DNA of 64,000 bases from Candidatus Melainabacteria bacterium RIFCSPLOWO2_02_FULL_35_15 (GTDB taxonomy: Bacteria; Cyanobacteriota; Vampirovibrionia; 2-02-FULL-35-15). The notes under the pieces were generated by a model. That model was not told where the DNA came from. It worked only from the letters and a program-made list of their open reading frames with translations, and did no database searches. Where the stretch lies: positions 5,318 through 69,317 of the forward strand of contig MFRN01000041.1 of the NCBI GenBank assembly GCA_001784585.1, written 5' to 3'. Each line of letters begins with the position of its first letter. Position 1 is the stretch's first letter. Positions 20,285 to 30,234 of the stretch are shown here, piece by piece. A program made the translations under genes and the position numbers.

Positions 20285-22390
20285 ATGAGTATAAATACTC
20301 CCGCCGTAACACCCGCTCAGTTTCATGCAGGAGTTAAAAAAGCTGCCATTAGAAGAAGAAAGGATAAAGATGCTGGTACCACTGCACTGCTTGGTGATTT
20401 AAGCCATCCTGGCATCTTTCAACAGCTCATGACAGGAAATAAATGTGAACTATTTGAAACAGTATATGATGCATGGAATAATAGAATTAATCAAGAAGAT
20501 GTTAATAGTACAAATGGGCTCATTGATATAAATAAGTTTGGACTTAGACAAACAGAAGAAGCAGTGGTAGATGAACCACTTGCAGGGTACATAGGATACG
20601 GAGCAAAAAAAAGAGTTCCAAGAAATTTAAAAGCAAAAACTGAAGAAAAAAGAAAAATTTACAAGGCAAGAGACAAACAAAGAATTGAACAGTTTGAAAA
20701 GCAAATTAAAGAAGATCCGTATGTAAGGGCATGGATGAAAAAACTTCATCTTGATATAAACGATTTACTGGTACCGGTACATAACCAGCATGAAATAGAC
20801 AGGAGCGGGGGACAAAGAATAAAAGCAGAAATATTACACAGAGCGGCTGATGGAGGATTATTTAACACTCCTTTTCCTGAAGAATATGGAGGCTATAATT
20901 TTAGTCAGCAAATGACTGATCTTATAATAGGGTTCCTTCCTGAGCTTGGCGGAGGATTAGCTGCCACTATCAAGGTACAGCAATCAATCGGTGGAAAACC
21001 TCTTATAGCTTTTGCTACAGAACCACAAAAAGCACATTTTATTCCAGAATTGCTTCCGCATGATAAAAAGGAAAGAGGTTTAATATCATTTTTACTTACT
21101 GAAGAGGCTTCAGGAAGTGATGCATTTGGTGGTATGCAGTCAGAAGCACGTTTGTCTGATGATGGTAAAAACTTTATAGTGGATGTTCCTTCAAAAAAGT
21201 TTATAACCTGTTTTCATGTATCAAAATTAGGACACCTTGCAGTAAATATTATAGATAAAGATACTGGTACTAAGCTTCCTACGGTTCTTGAATGGAAACT
21301 GCCTTTTAGATTCGATGATACACAAGAAATAATGGAACAAAAAATAGATACTTTGTGGAATGAAGGATTTGAAATGCCATATAACCCGCAAGGATTAAAT
21401 GGAATCATTGGTAGTATGCAGCTATATGGAGAGGGGCATGGTTATAGGGGAATTCCACTTCAATATGCACCAGGTGTTTTATCAATCCTTGGTGGAATAA
21501 ATGGTATTGGCAGAGGTGATGAATATATCGCCGGTGGGCTTTATAAAGGCAGGGGTGGATTTATAAGACTTTCTGCAGCTAATGCAGAATTAGGATTGAA
21601 TTTGGCTCTTGATGAAGCGGTAAATGAGGACAGAATAAGATTTAAAAAGACACTATCAGAGAATGAGCTGGTAAAAACCCAGATTGGTGATATGGCTATG
21701 AAGGTAGAAATGCTAAAAGCATATGCAGAACTTACTTCAACAATAATAGACAATAATAAAAAAATGAACTTTGTACCTGAAACTGCAATAGGAAAAGCAT
21801 TTGCTACTGATACAGCTAATAGTGTTATGCAAACAGCAAACTTTTTATTCGGCGGCCAGGGATTAATGAAAGGTCAGTTAATTGAACAAGCAGTCAGAGA
21901 TCACAGAGTCCTGTTAACTGTAGAAGGTGCAAATCCACTTATGTACCAGCTTGGTGCCGGAGCATCAGTAGGCCCTGCACTAGCTGCAAAGACATTTTCA
22001 GAAAAAGCACGAATTGCAATTAGCCAGTTTATGCTGCCTATGAATAACTTTAAATTAGCACTCAGGGGAATAGAATTATCAATACCTACCTTAATAAAAG
22101 GTGCCAGATATCAAATGGCAATGAGGGACAGGCAAAACGATTTAATGGATATTTCACATGAGGAAGCAATGATATTTGCTATTCTTGCATCAAAGCTTAA
22201 AGTAAAAGACTTAAGAATTATTCCGGAAAGAAACAGAAAGGAAATCGCTGCACTGGAAGGATTTCTTCAAATTGCAAATGGTAAAAAGCCAAACCTGGTT
22301 GGCATTGGCCAGTGGTATATCGATGATGCAAAAATAAGATACCAGCAAAGAAAAAGAGAAGATGAGGCACTGGTTAGGAAATACAGGTAA
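20285..22390 (+). CDS. Acyl-CoA dehydrogenase (long, divergent)
   Basis: FPEEYGG, FLLTEEASGSD, KKFIT, FGGQG and VEGAN (catalytic Glu). Confidence 0.85.
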   Translation: MSINTPAVTPAQFHAGVKKAAIRRRKDKDAGTTALLGDLSHPGIFQQLMTGNKCELFETVYDAWNNRINQEDVNSTNGLIDINKFGLRQTEEAVVDEPLAGYIGYGAKKRVPRNLKAKTEEKRKIYKARDKQRIEQFEKQIKEDPYVRAWMKKLHLDINDLLVPVHNQHEIDRSGGQRIKAEILHRAADGGLFNTPFPEEYGGYNFSQQMTDLIIGFLPELGGGLAATIKVQQSIGGKPLIAFATEPQKAHFIPELLPHDKKERGLISFLLTEEASGSDAFGGMQSEARLSDDGKNFIVDVPSKKFITCFHVSKLGHLAVNIIDKDTGTKLPTVLEWKLPFRFDDTQEIMEQKIDTLWNEGFEMPYNPQGLNGIIGSMQLYGEGHGYRGIPLQYAPGVLSILGGINGIGRGDEYIAGGLYKGRGGFIRLSAANAELGLNLALDEAVNEDRIRFKKTLSENELVKTQIGDMAMKVEMLKAYAELTSTIIDNNKKMNFVPETAIGKAFATDTANSVMQTANFLFGGQGLMKGQLIEQAVRDHRVLLTVEGANPLMYQLGAGASVGPALAAKTFSEKARIAISQFMLPMNNFKLALRGIELSIPTLIKGARYQMAMRDRQNDLMDISHEEAMIFAILASKLKVKDLRIIPERNRKEIAALEGFLQIANGKKPNLVGIGQWYIDDAKIRYQQRKREDEALVRKYR

Positions 22391-24497
22391 AAGAGTTTTT
22401 AAATATTTTTTCTTCGAGATTTCTCTGAGTATTTAATTCTTTCTCTGCTTCCTTAATATATGCATTTGCAATACTTGCAGGATAATTATTTTTTCTGCTT
22501 TTTAAATTTTTTATAAATTGTTCCAGTGCTAATTTTTTATGTCCCGGAAGATTTTTATCCCGAAGTTTTAACATAGCACCAGCTGCCCCGTAAATCTCAA
22601 TCATCTCATCAGCCAGAGCTAAAAGTTCACGCTGCTTCAGAAGAGTACTTTCTCCTTTTATAATGTCAGTTGCTCCACGAATACGAACTTTAGTAGAAAA
22701 GATTTTGGTTTTTATCTGTAACCACCACATATCACTTACAGACAGTCCGCCACTTTCATAATTAAATAAATGTGAAAGGGCAAGTTTCAGATGTTCAAAA
22801 AGACCTGCTTTTAAAAGTGGCTTTACACCTACACCTACAAGATGCTGCTTAAGTGCTTCATTAACACCTTCTACAATCATCGGTACCCACATATCCCGCA
22901 TAATAAGTTCTATTGGATAGCCTTTCATAAGACTTTGTCCTCCGAATACCCGGCCGGCAACAGCAGATACCATCCAGGCTCCTTCTGTAGCAAGTGCTTT
23001 AATAACTGCACACTCAGCAATAATATTCATGTGCGGATAGGTGTCTATTAGATTTGTAGTAAGTTCTACTGCAGCGTCAATGACTTCTGTTTTGATTGCC
23101 ATCTCGGTAATATATTTTTTTACCTGTGGTAAATCAGCCAGTCTGCCGCCATGTTCGTCAAACCTTCTCCTCTGGATAGATTCAAGCACTGATATCCGGA
23201 ATGCATGCTTTACAGCTTCCGCGCAAAAAGATCCAAAACCCGCCCGCCCTGCGTTCAGACTATTAAATATTACTTTTGTACCTTCACCGACTTTCCCCAG
23301 AACATTATTTATACCAGCTTCATTTACAAGGGGAATTTCATAATTATGAAATTCTATATATGCCTGATCACTTCCTCTGATTCCACTTAATTCCAGTGGC
23401 TTAGAAATATATAATCCTTCTTTTTTTAATCTTTGTCTTTTTTCTTCAAGTTGTTCTTCTGTATCAGAAAGTCTAAAAGGTAACTCTTTCATAAGAACGG
23501 TAGGTTTTAATTCAGGATCCCCATCGTCAACCTTTGCAAAGATAAGTATTAAACAGGATCTATGTGCGTTAGTTATATAAATTTTTGAACCGTTTAAAAC
23601 ATATTTTTTCCCATCAGGTGAAAGCCTGGCAATTGTAGCAGCCCTGTTAACAGCATCAGTCCCTGAACCCCTCTCTGTAAGAGCAAATGAGACTAGTCCA
23701 TCTCCTCTGGCTACTTTTGGAAGATGATGATGTCTTTGGTTATCATCTCCATAGTATTCAAATGGTTTAGAGCCCAGTGTGCTGTGTGCGCTTACTATTC
23801 CTGATAGTGTTCCGGAATAAGTATGAATGATTGTACGAATTACTCTGTCATATTCTTTTTGATTAAGTCCTAATCCGCCAAATTCTTTTTGAATTTTTAA
23901 TTTAAAAAGTCCAAGATTTTTCATTCTCTCAAACAGTTCAGTAGGAACACATATCTTTTCATCAATTTCAAACGGATTAACAAGAGGTGTTTTTAAATCT
24001 TCAAAACCAATCCCTAAATTATTCATCCATTCTTTTATTTCAGCACCTGGATTTTGCAATTTATCCAGAGCCGCATCATTACTTATAGTCCATCCGGCTA
24101 AGTTATATTCATATTCCTTTTTTAAATCCGGGGCAATATCATCAGGACTTGAGCCATAGCCTGTCAGCCAGTTACTTACAATATCTTTTTTAAATCTAAG
24201 TCCATAACTAACAAGTTCAATATAGGCATTAATTTTTCTTTCACACTCGGGACTTAATTTATCATTTACAGTTTTTTCTAACCAATTTAATCTTAAAACT
24301 CCTCCTGAGATTGCTTCCTGTATAATCCCGTTTTGGCCAGTGCCAAGCATTCCTCCGCTTTTCTTCATTAACTTTTTTACTGTTGCAGCCTGACTTTCAC
24401 TGGTATCCGAGTAGCTTTTTCCACCCAGGTAATCAGGTGAATAAAATTCTCCCGGGATATAAAAGTTAAATACCGGATTTTTATCTTTCTGTAACAT
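22374..24497 (-). CDS. Acyl-CoA dehydrogenase (long, divergent)
   Basis: EFGGLG, FALTERGSGTD, LNGSKIYITN, LNAGR, FGGQS and VEGVNE motifs. Confidence 0.88.
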   Translation of the reverse strand: MLQKDKNPVFNFYIPGEFYSPDYLGGKSYSDTSESQAATVKKLMKKSGGMLGTGQNGIIQEAISGGVLRLNWLEKTVNDKLSPECERKINAYIELVSYGLRFKKDIVSNWLTGYGSSPDDIAPDLKKEYEYNLAGWTISNDAALDKLQNPGAEIKEWMNNLGIGFEDLKTPLVNPFEIDEKICVPTELFERMKNLGLFKLKIQKEFGGLGLNQKEYDRVIRTIIHTYSGTLSGIVSAHSTLGSKPFEYYGDDNQRHHHLPKVARGDGLVSFALTERGSGTDAVNRAATIARLSPDGKKYVLNGSKIYITNAHRSCLILIFAKVDDGDPELKPTVLMKELPFRLSDTEEQLEEKRQRLKKEGLYISKPLELSGIRGSDQAYIEFHNYEIPLVNEAGINNVLGKVGEGTKVIFNSLNAGRAGFGSFCAEAVKHAFRISVLESIQRRRFDEHGGRLADLPQVKKYITEMAIKTEVIDAAVELTTNLIDTYPHMNIIAECAVIKALATEGAWMVSAVAGRVFGGQSLMKGYPIELIMRDMWVPMIVEGVNEALKQHLVGVGVKPLLKAGLFEHLKLALSHLFNYESGGLSVSDMWWLQIKTKIFSTKVRIRGATDIIKGESTLLKQRELLALADEMIEIYGAAGAMLKLRDKNLPGHKKLALEQFIKNLKSRKNNYPASIANAYIKEAEKELNTQRNLEEKIFKNSFTCIS

Positions 24498-24504
24498 AGT
24501 CTTA

Positions 24505-25959
24505 TTAAATAATCTTCAAGTCAACTTCAGGAATATCTTTTATTACCCTGTCTTCGCATGCAGCATCTGCAACTGCACTTGCTACTGCCAGTGCTACTTT
24601 TTTATCAAAAATACTGGGGATAATATAGCTTTCATTTAGTTCATAGTCACAAACCATGGATGCAATAGCCTTTGCTGCTGCATATTTCATCTTTTCAGTA
24701 ACAGTAGTAGCATGACTGTCGAGAAGTCCCCTGAAGAAACCAGGAAAGCAGAGTACATTATTTATCTGATTTGGATAGTCAGAGCGACCGGTAGCCATAA
24801 CTTTTACATAAGGTTTTGCAAGTTCTGGTTTTATCTCAGGATCCGGGTTTGACAGTGCAAAAACAATTGGATTATCTGCCATTGATTTAACATCATCTGC
24901 TGTAATTAAGTTCGGACCTGATACTCCTACAAATACATCTGTACCTTTTATAACATCAGAAATTGTACCTTTTTGTTTATTTGGATTTGTAAGCTGGGCA
25001 AGTTCTTCTTTTGATGTATTCATTTCTTTTCTGCCCATGTAAATAGCTCCGCTTCTGTCAGTAACAATTATGTTTCTGATTCCTGCATAAAGAAGCATTT
25101 TTGCACAGGAAACTCCTGCAGCACCTGCCCCGGTTATCACTACTTCAAGATCTTCAAACTTTTTACCTACTACTTTACTGGCATTTATAAGAGCAGACAG
25201 AACTACTACTGCTGTTCCGTGTTGATCATCATGAAAAACCGGAATATCCAGTTCATTTTGTAATCTTCTTTCTATTTCAAAACATTTTGGTGCCGCAATA
25301 TCTTCTAAATTAATTCCACCAAAACCAGGAGCAATTGCTTTTACAGCAGCTACAATTTCATCGGGTAATTGTGTGCTTAAGCAAATCGGATATGCATCAA
25401 TATCAGCAAGCATCTTAAAGAGCATTGCTTTACCTTCCATAACAGGCATACCGGCATATGGTCCGATATTTCCAAGCCCAAGAACTGCTGAGCCATCAGT
25501 AACTACTGCTACAGAATTTCTTTTAATAGTCAGATTATATGCAAGTTTTGGATCTTCATGAATCGTTCTGCACACTTCTGCAACACCTGGTGTATAAACT
25601 ACAGAGAGATCTTTATAATTTTTAATTTCTTTTTTTAATTTAATAGCTATCTTTCCACCGATGTGAGTGTTATAAACTTCATTTTGAACATCGCTAATGT
25701 GAGTTCCTGGTAAATCATGTAACTTTGAAATAATTTCTCTGGCTTGAATAGTAGTAGCCTTAAAGTGAACGTCTCTGGTAACAAATGCAGGATTACTTTC
25801 AACTACTTTAATGTCACCAATATGCCCTCCGCAATCGTTTATTATTTGTGCAATTTCAGAAAATGTTCTGCTTGGAGAATTTAATCTAATACAGTAAATT
25901 TGAGGATTAAAAGATAAGGAAGGTGCTATAACATTCAATTCTTTTTGTTGTGTTGTCAT
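24505..25959 (-). CDS. NAD(P)-dependent malic enzyme with N-terminal ACT domain
   Basis: VYTPGVA, TDGSAVLGLG, NLEDI, FHDDQHGT, GAGAAG and TGRSDYPNQINN motifs. Confidence 0.93.
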   Translation of the reverse strand: MTTQQKELNVIAPSLSFNPQIYCIRLNSPSRTFSEIAQIINDCGGHIGDIKVVESNPAFVTRDVHFKATTIQAREIISKLHDLPGTHISDVQNEVYNTHIGGKIAIKLKKEIKNYKDLSVVYTPGVAEVCRTIHEDPKLAYNLTIKRNSVAVVTDGSAVLGLGNIGPYAGMPVMEGKAMLFKMLADIDAYPICLSTQLPDEIVAAVKAIAPGFGGINLEDIAAPKCFEIERRLQNELDIPVFHDDQHGTAVVVLSALINASKVVGKKFEDLEVVITGAGAAGVSCAKMLLYAGIRNIIVTDRSGAIYMGRKEMNTSKEELAQLTNPNKQKGTISDVIKGTDVFVGVSGPNLITADDVKSMADNPIVFALSNPDPEIKPELAKPYVKVMATGRSDYPNQINNVLCFPGFFRGLLDSHATTVTEKMKYAAAKAIASMVCDYELNESYIIPSIFDKKVALAVASAVADAACEDRVIKDIPEVDLKII

Positions 25960-25997
25960 CTTTTACCTCTTTTTATTCTAACATTCATTTTAATCTA

Positions 25998-26083
25998 TAT
26001 AACGCGACATAAATGCTAACGCATATTATGTCGCTATTTTATGGCGGATCTTCATTGGCGTTCGGGTTGTCGAAGGACAACCC
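25998..26083. repeat. Intergenic REP-like hairpin pair
   Basis: GCGACATAA-ATGC-TAAC-GCAT-A-TTATGTCGC (26004-26034) and GGGTTGTC-GAAG-GACAACCC stems are directly visible. Confidence 0.55.
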
Positions 26084-26205
26084 TCACTTGTAACATTACT
26101 TAGGTCGCTGCGTATATTGATTCTGAATCTTAACCATTAGTTAATAAAGATATAACATTTTAATTTAAACGAAATCTTGCTAAATGTTAAAATGCATACG
26201 TAATT

Positions 26206-27270
26206 ATGAATAACTTATTATTTTTTATATTACTTTCGTTTTTTTTAATAACCATACTGCCTGCCTTATCAATTGAAGATATCAAACAAGTCAATGAAGA
26301 AAAAAGTTTAGTTCCGGAAGATACAAACTCAAAAAGTGAATTTAACCCAAAGCCGGCAAGTGCCAGTCTTTATAACTTAGGACTAAAAAGCTATGAGCAG
26401 GGAGATCTAAAATCAGCCATTAGCTTTTTCAAAAGAGCGATAGATCTTGATCCTGAGTTTGTAGATGCTTATTATAATTTGGGAGCAATATTTAAAAAAC
26501 AAAAAGACTTTTCGCTTGCGATTAATGCCCTTCAAAAGGCTTATAACATTAATCCTAAAGATTATGAAGTAGCCTTTGAATTAGCTTCATGTTATTTTGA
26601 AGAAAAAAATTATCAGAGTGCAAAACAATATTTTTCACTGATCCCGCAGAACTTCCCGAAATATAATGAAGCAAAACAAAAAACAGATTTAATAAATCAG
26701 TCTTTAATCACAAACCGAGGTTCCCTGGTACCACAGAATCCAGTTAACAACCAAGCCCAGCTCTTAGTGGATACTTTGGGGAAAGCAGAAGGTAGTGATA
26801 CTGCTGTTACTAACCAGGCAGAGCTTCTTGTAAACAATCTTGCAAAGCCTTCACCAGAAAATCTCTCACCACCAATGAAAGTAATTACCAATAACTTTAA
26901 CGGTCCTACAGGAATTGCAAAAGATAGTAAAAATAATATCTACATTGGAAATTTCTCAGGTGACAGAATAGAAAGAATTACAAGCGATGGAAAAAGAGAA
27001 GTGTTTCTTGAAAAAAATGGAATTAAAGGACCAGTTGGATTAGCAATTGATGGAAATGATAATCTCTATGTTGCAAATTACGGTGGGGATTCAATAATTA
27101 AAATAACCCAAAATAAAGAAGTTTCTGTAATATCAGACAAAGTAGTAAGACCTTATTATTTACTCTATGATCCATTTTCCAATAAACTTTTTGTAACTGT
27201 ACAGGGAAGCGATGCACTTATAGAGATAATTACACGTCCGGATTCAAAACAGCCGATAACTGCCAGATAA
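26206..27270 (+). CDS. Exported TPR + NHL/beta-propeller repeat protein
   Basis: Signal peptide; TPRs (AYYNLG..AINALQKA); GPTGIA..NNIYI and GPVGLAID..NLYVAN NHL repeats. Confidence 0.82.
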   Translation: MNNLLFFILLSFFLITILPALSIEDIKQVNEEKSLVPEDTNSKSEFNPKPASASLYNLGLKSYEQGDLKSAISFFKRAIDLDPEFVDAYYNLGAIFKKQKDFSLAINALQKAYNINPKDYEVAFELASCYFEEKNYQSAKQYFSLIPQNFPKYNEAKQKTDLINQSLITNRGSLVPQNPVNNQAQLLVDTLGKAEGSDTAVTNQAELLVNNLAKPSPENLSPPMKVITNNFNGPTGIAKDSKNNIYIGNFSGDRIERITSDGKREVFLEKNGIKGPVGLAIDGNDNLYVANYGGDSIIKITQNKEVSVISDKVVRPYYLLYDPFSNKLFVTVQGSDALIEIITRPDSKQPITAR

Positions 27271-27276
27271 ATTTAA

Positions 27277-28596
27277 ATGAAACAGCTAACAGTCAATCCT
27301 TTAAAGAATCCCATAAAAACAACCATTCTTGTCCCGCCTGATAAATCTATTTCCCACAGAGCAATAATCATTGGTTCAATTGCAAATGGCAGAACTGAAA
27401 TTAAAAATCTTTTAGCCAGTGAGGATTGTTTAAATACCCTGAAAATAATGCAGCAGCTTGGGGTAGAAATAAACAGCTATAACAATTTTGAAACTATAAC
27501 TATTTACGGAAGGGGACTTCGCTCACTTACAGAGCCAAAAAATATTTTAAATTGCGGTAATTCAGGAACAACTATAAGATTACTTAGCGGACTTTTATGC
27601 GGACAGAGCTTTATGTCAGTGCTTACAGGAGATGACTCTTTAATTACCAGACCGATGGGAAGAGTGATTGAACCTCTTACACTTATGGGGGCAAAAATAT
27701 CCGGCAGAGAGCATAATACAAAAGCCCCGATTGTAATTACACCGGGAATACTACATGGTATAAGCTATGAGATGCACCTAAGCAGTGCACAGGTTAAATC
27801 AGCTATCATGCTTGCTGGTATTCAGGCAAAAGGTGAGACAAAAATAATTGAAAAAGAAAAATCCAGAGACCATACAGAACGTATGTTGAGTGCATTTGGG
27901 GCAAAGATAAAACTTGATAAAAATGAGATTATAATCGGATCCGAGCAAAGTCTCCAGGCACAAATCTTACACATACCGGGAGATATTTCATCTGCAGCAT
28001 TTTTTATAGCTGCATGTGCCATAAGTCCTGGTTCTGAAATGGTTTTGCAGAAAATATCAGTAAATCCTACAAGATCCGGAATAATAACCACTTTAAAAAA
28101 AATGGGAGTAAAAATTGAAAGCACAAATAAAAAAGAGGTTTCAGGAGAACCAATTGCTGATTTGTTTATAAGCTCAGGTGATTTAACCAGTACAGAAATA
28201 AAAGGAAACACAATACCGCTCTTAATAGACGAGATCCCGATCTTATGCATTATTATGGCACAGGCAAAAGGGAAGTCTGTTATAAAAGATGCCAAGGAGT
28301 TGCGATTTAAAGAATCAGACAGAATAAAAACTATGGTACAGGTGTTAAAAAAATTAAGTGTTGAGGTAAATGAGCTGGAAGACGGTTTAGAAATAAACGG
28401 CTTAGCTGGTGAACCATTTCAAATTAATTCCTCATTAGAATGGCCGGAACATTTTGACCATAGAATAGCCATGTCTGTTGCAATAGCTGCCCTTAAAGCA
28501 AATGAACCTGTTCACATCCCGGGAGCTGAATGGATAAGCACCTCGTTCCCGGATTTTGAAAAATTAATTAATCAGATACAGATGGTTGTAGTGTAA
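27277..28596 (+). CDS. aroA: 3-phosphoshikimate 1-carboxyvinyltransferase
   Basis: DKSISHR, CGNSGTT.RL, SAQVKS, RDHTE, KESDR and DHRIAM motifs. Confidence 0.96.
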   Translation: MKQLTVNPLKNPIKTTILVPPDKSISHRAIIIGSIANGRTEIKNLLASEDCLNTLKIMQQLGVEINSYNNFETITIYGRGLRSLTEPKNILNCGNSGTTIRLLSGLLCGQSFMSVLTGDDSLITRPMGRVIEPLTLMGAKISGREHNTKAPIVITPGILHGISYEMHLSSAQVKSAIMLAGIQAKGETKIIEKEKSRDHTERMLSAFGAKIKLDKNEIIIGSEQSLQAQILHIPGDISSAAFFIAACAISPGSEMVLQKISVNPTRSGIITTLKKMGVKIESTNKKEVSGEPIADLFISSGDLTSTEIKGNTIPLLIDEIPILCIIMAQAKGKSVIKDAKELRFKESDRIKTMVQVLKKLSVEVNELEDGLEINGLAGEPFQINSSLEWPEHFDHRIAMSVAIAALKANEPVHIPGAEWISTSFPDFEKLINQIQMVVV

Positions 28597-28598
28597 AG

Positions 28599-29561
28599 CT
28601 ACCTATACTTAGAACCTTGTCTTGTGCCTCTTTTTACAAGCTCATCCTCAATCATTCTTAGAACCTGTTGTTTATGTCTTCTATCATCGTCTTGAGCTGC
28701 CCATTTCGGGGCTATTAGCTCTCCGGGTTTTGCTTCTGCAAAAAGCCTATGAATAACTACATTTGGAGGAAGAATCTCTAAGAAATCACAAACTAAACTT
28801 ATATATTCCTCTAGTTCCAATGCTTTAAAAAGTCCATCTGAATATTGTTTTGCTATTTTTGTTTTCTCTAAAACTAAAAGCTGGTGAATTTTAACTGCAT
28901 CAATGGGAGAAGCTGCAAGTTTTTTCATGGTTTCATAAAACATTTCTTTTGTTTCACCGGGAAGTCCGAAAATAGTGTGAGCACAGACAATTAATCCTCT
29001 TTTTTTTGCCCTGTAAAGAGCATCAAAAAAATCTTTTTCCGTATGAGCTCTGTTTGTAAAATCCAGGGTTTTGTCATGTACAGTCTGTAATCCAATATCT
29101 AACCATATTTCAACCTTTTCTTTATATGTTTCTATTAAATCCAAGATCTCCTCACTTAAACAATCCGGTCTTGTGCCAATAGCTAAAACCACTATATCCG
29201 GACATGATATCGCCTCATCATAAATTTTTTTTAGTTTATCTGTGGATGCATAGGTATTTGTAAATGACTGAAGATACGAAATGAATTTACCTGCTTTAAA
29301 TCTCTTTGAAAAGAGTTTTACTCCGTCTTCAAGCTGTTTTGAAATAGAACCGTTTATATAAAATGCTCCTGCACTGCTGCCGTCAGCAGTACAAAATGTA
29401 CAGCCACCGTAAGCTTTGGTACCATCACGGTTCGGGCAGTCTAAATTTGCTTCAAGTGTGATCCTTTGAACTTTTGTACTAAAGCGTTTTTTCAGGTAAG
29501 AACTTAAGCTGTAATATAAAATATTATTTTGAAGGTTTGATTTTAATATTGTTTCCTGCAT
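28599..29561 (-). CDS. Radical SAM protein, YhcC/YtqA (TIGR01212-like) family
   Basis: CPNRDG..GGCTFC, TNTYA, IGTRPDC and VKIHQL motifs. Confidence 0.9.
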   Translation of the reverse strand: MQETILKSNLQNNILYYSLSSYLKKRFSTKVQRITLEANLDCPNRDGTKAYGGCTFCTADGSSAGAFYINGSISKQLEDGVKLFSKRFKAGKFISYLQSFTNTYASTDKLKKIYDEAISCPDIVVLAIGTRPDCLSEEILDLIETYKEKVEIWLDIGLQTVHDKTLDFTNRAHTEKDFFDALYRAKKRGLIVCAHTIFGLPGETKEMFYETMKKLAASPIDAVKIHQLLVLEKTKIAKQYSDGLFKALELEEYISLVCDFLEILPPNVVIHRLFAEAKPGELIAPKWAAQDDDRRHKQQVLRMIEDELVKRGTRQGSKYR

Positions 29562-29641
29562 GGATAAAAAAATAATAACACTTCTATGTTATTGCAAACG
29601 CAATGACATAGCAATGACAAATCCCCCCTTATAATTAACAT

Positions 29642-30199
29642 ATGATTTTTCAAAAGATTCTTTGCTTTATTTCATCTGTTATTTTAGTTTTGCTATTCTC
29701 AGCAGATTCATTTGCCTGCCTGTCAATTACAGATGATTTAAATAGTCCAAACCCTGTTATAAATGCAAACTTTAGTCTTCAGCCAGATGTTAGTCCATTT
29801 ACTGACTGCTGGAGTGGCATAATGAGAATTAGAACTGATAGAAGCAGCTGGAGGCTTGTAGCCACAAGAACAGGACCAAGCCCTTCAGGCAGTGTAACAG
29901 GAAATCCTGCAGATAATGTTACAGCAAGTGATTTAACACTTGCTGTAACAGTACAAAGTTTCGGTATGGCTGCTCCAAATGGTGCAATTTTAGTTTCGCC
30001 TTTTTCTTCACAGACAGACTTGTCTTCTATACAATCCGGGACATTTATAATATCCGGCGTACAAAGGTCAGGCAACAGCTGCTCTTCAACTAATACAAAT
30101 TACTATAAGGTTACTAAAAGACTTTGTTTATTTAGGGACTTTATCTTTAATACAGGAATATACAATGGACAAGTAATCTATATCCTTACAAGCCCATAA
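29642..30199 (+). CDS. Exported beta-rich protein, pilin/WxL/spore-coat-U-like
   Basis: Signal peptide, Ser/Thr-rich beta-strands, four Cys in the mature part, C-terminal GxYxGxVxYxL motif. Confidence 0.5.
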   Translation: MIFQKILCFISSVILVLLFSADSFACLSITDDLNSPNPVINANFSLQPDVSPFTDCWSGIMRIRTDRSSWRLVATRTGPSPSGSVTGNPADNVTASDLTLAVTVQSFGMAAPNGAILVSPFSSQTDLSSIQSGTFIISGVQRSGNSCSSTNTNYYKVTKRLCLFRDFIFNTGIYNGQVIYILTSP

Positions 30200-30234
30200 A
30201 CCAATTGCTGCATAAAGGAGTATGATAAAAAAGT

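Noticed and set aside
26035-26065. Fluoride riboswitch-like sequence on the minus strand (CCAATGAAGATCCGCCATAAA)
   Set aside because: Lacks the 5' GGC strand needed for P1 and the downstream pseudoknot segment; the gene context does not fit
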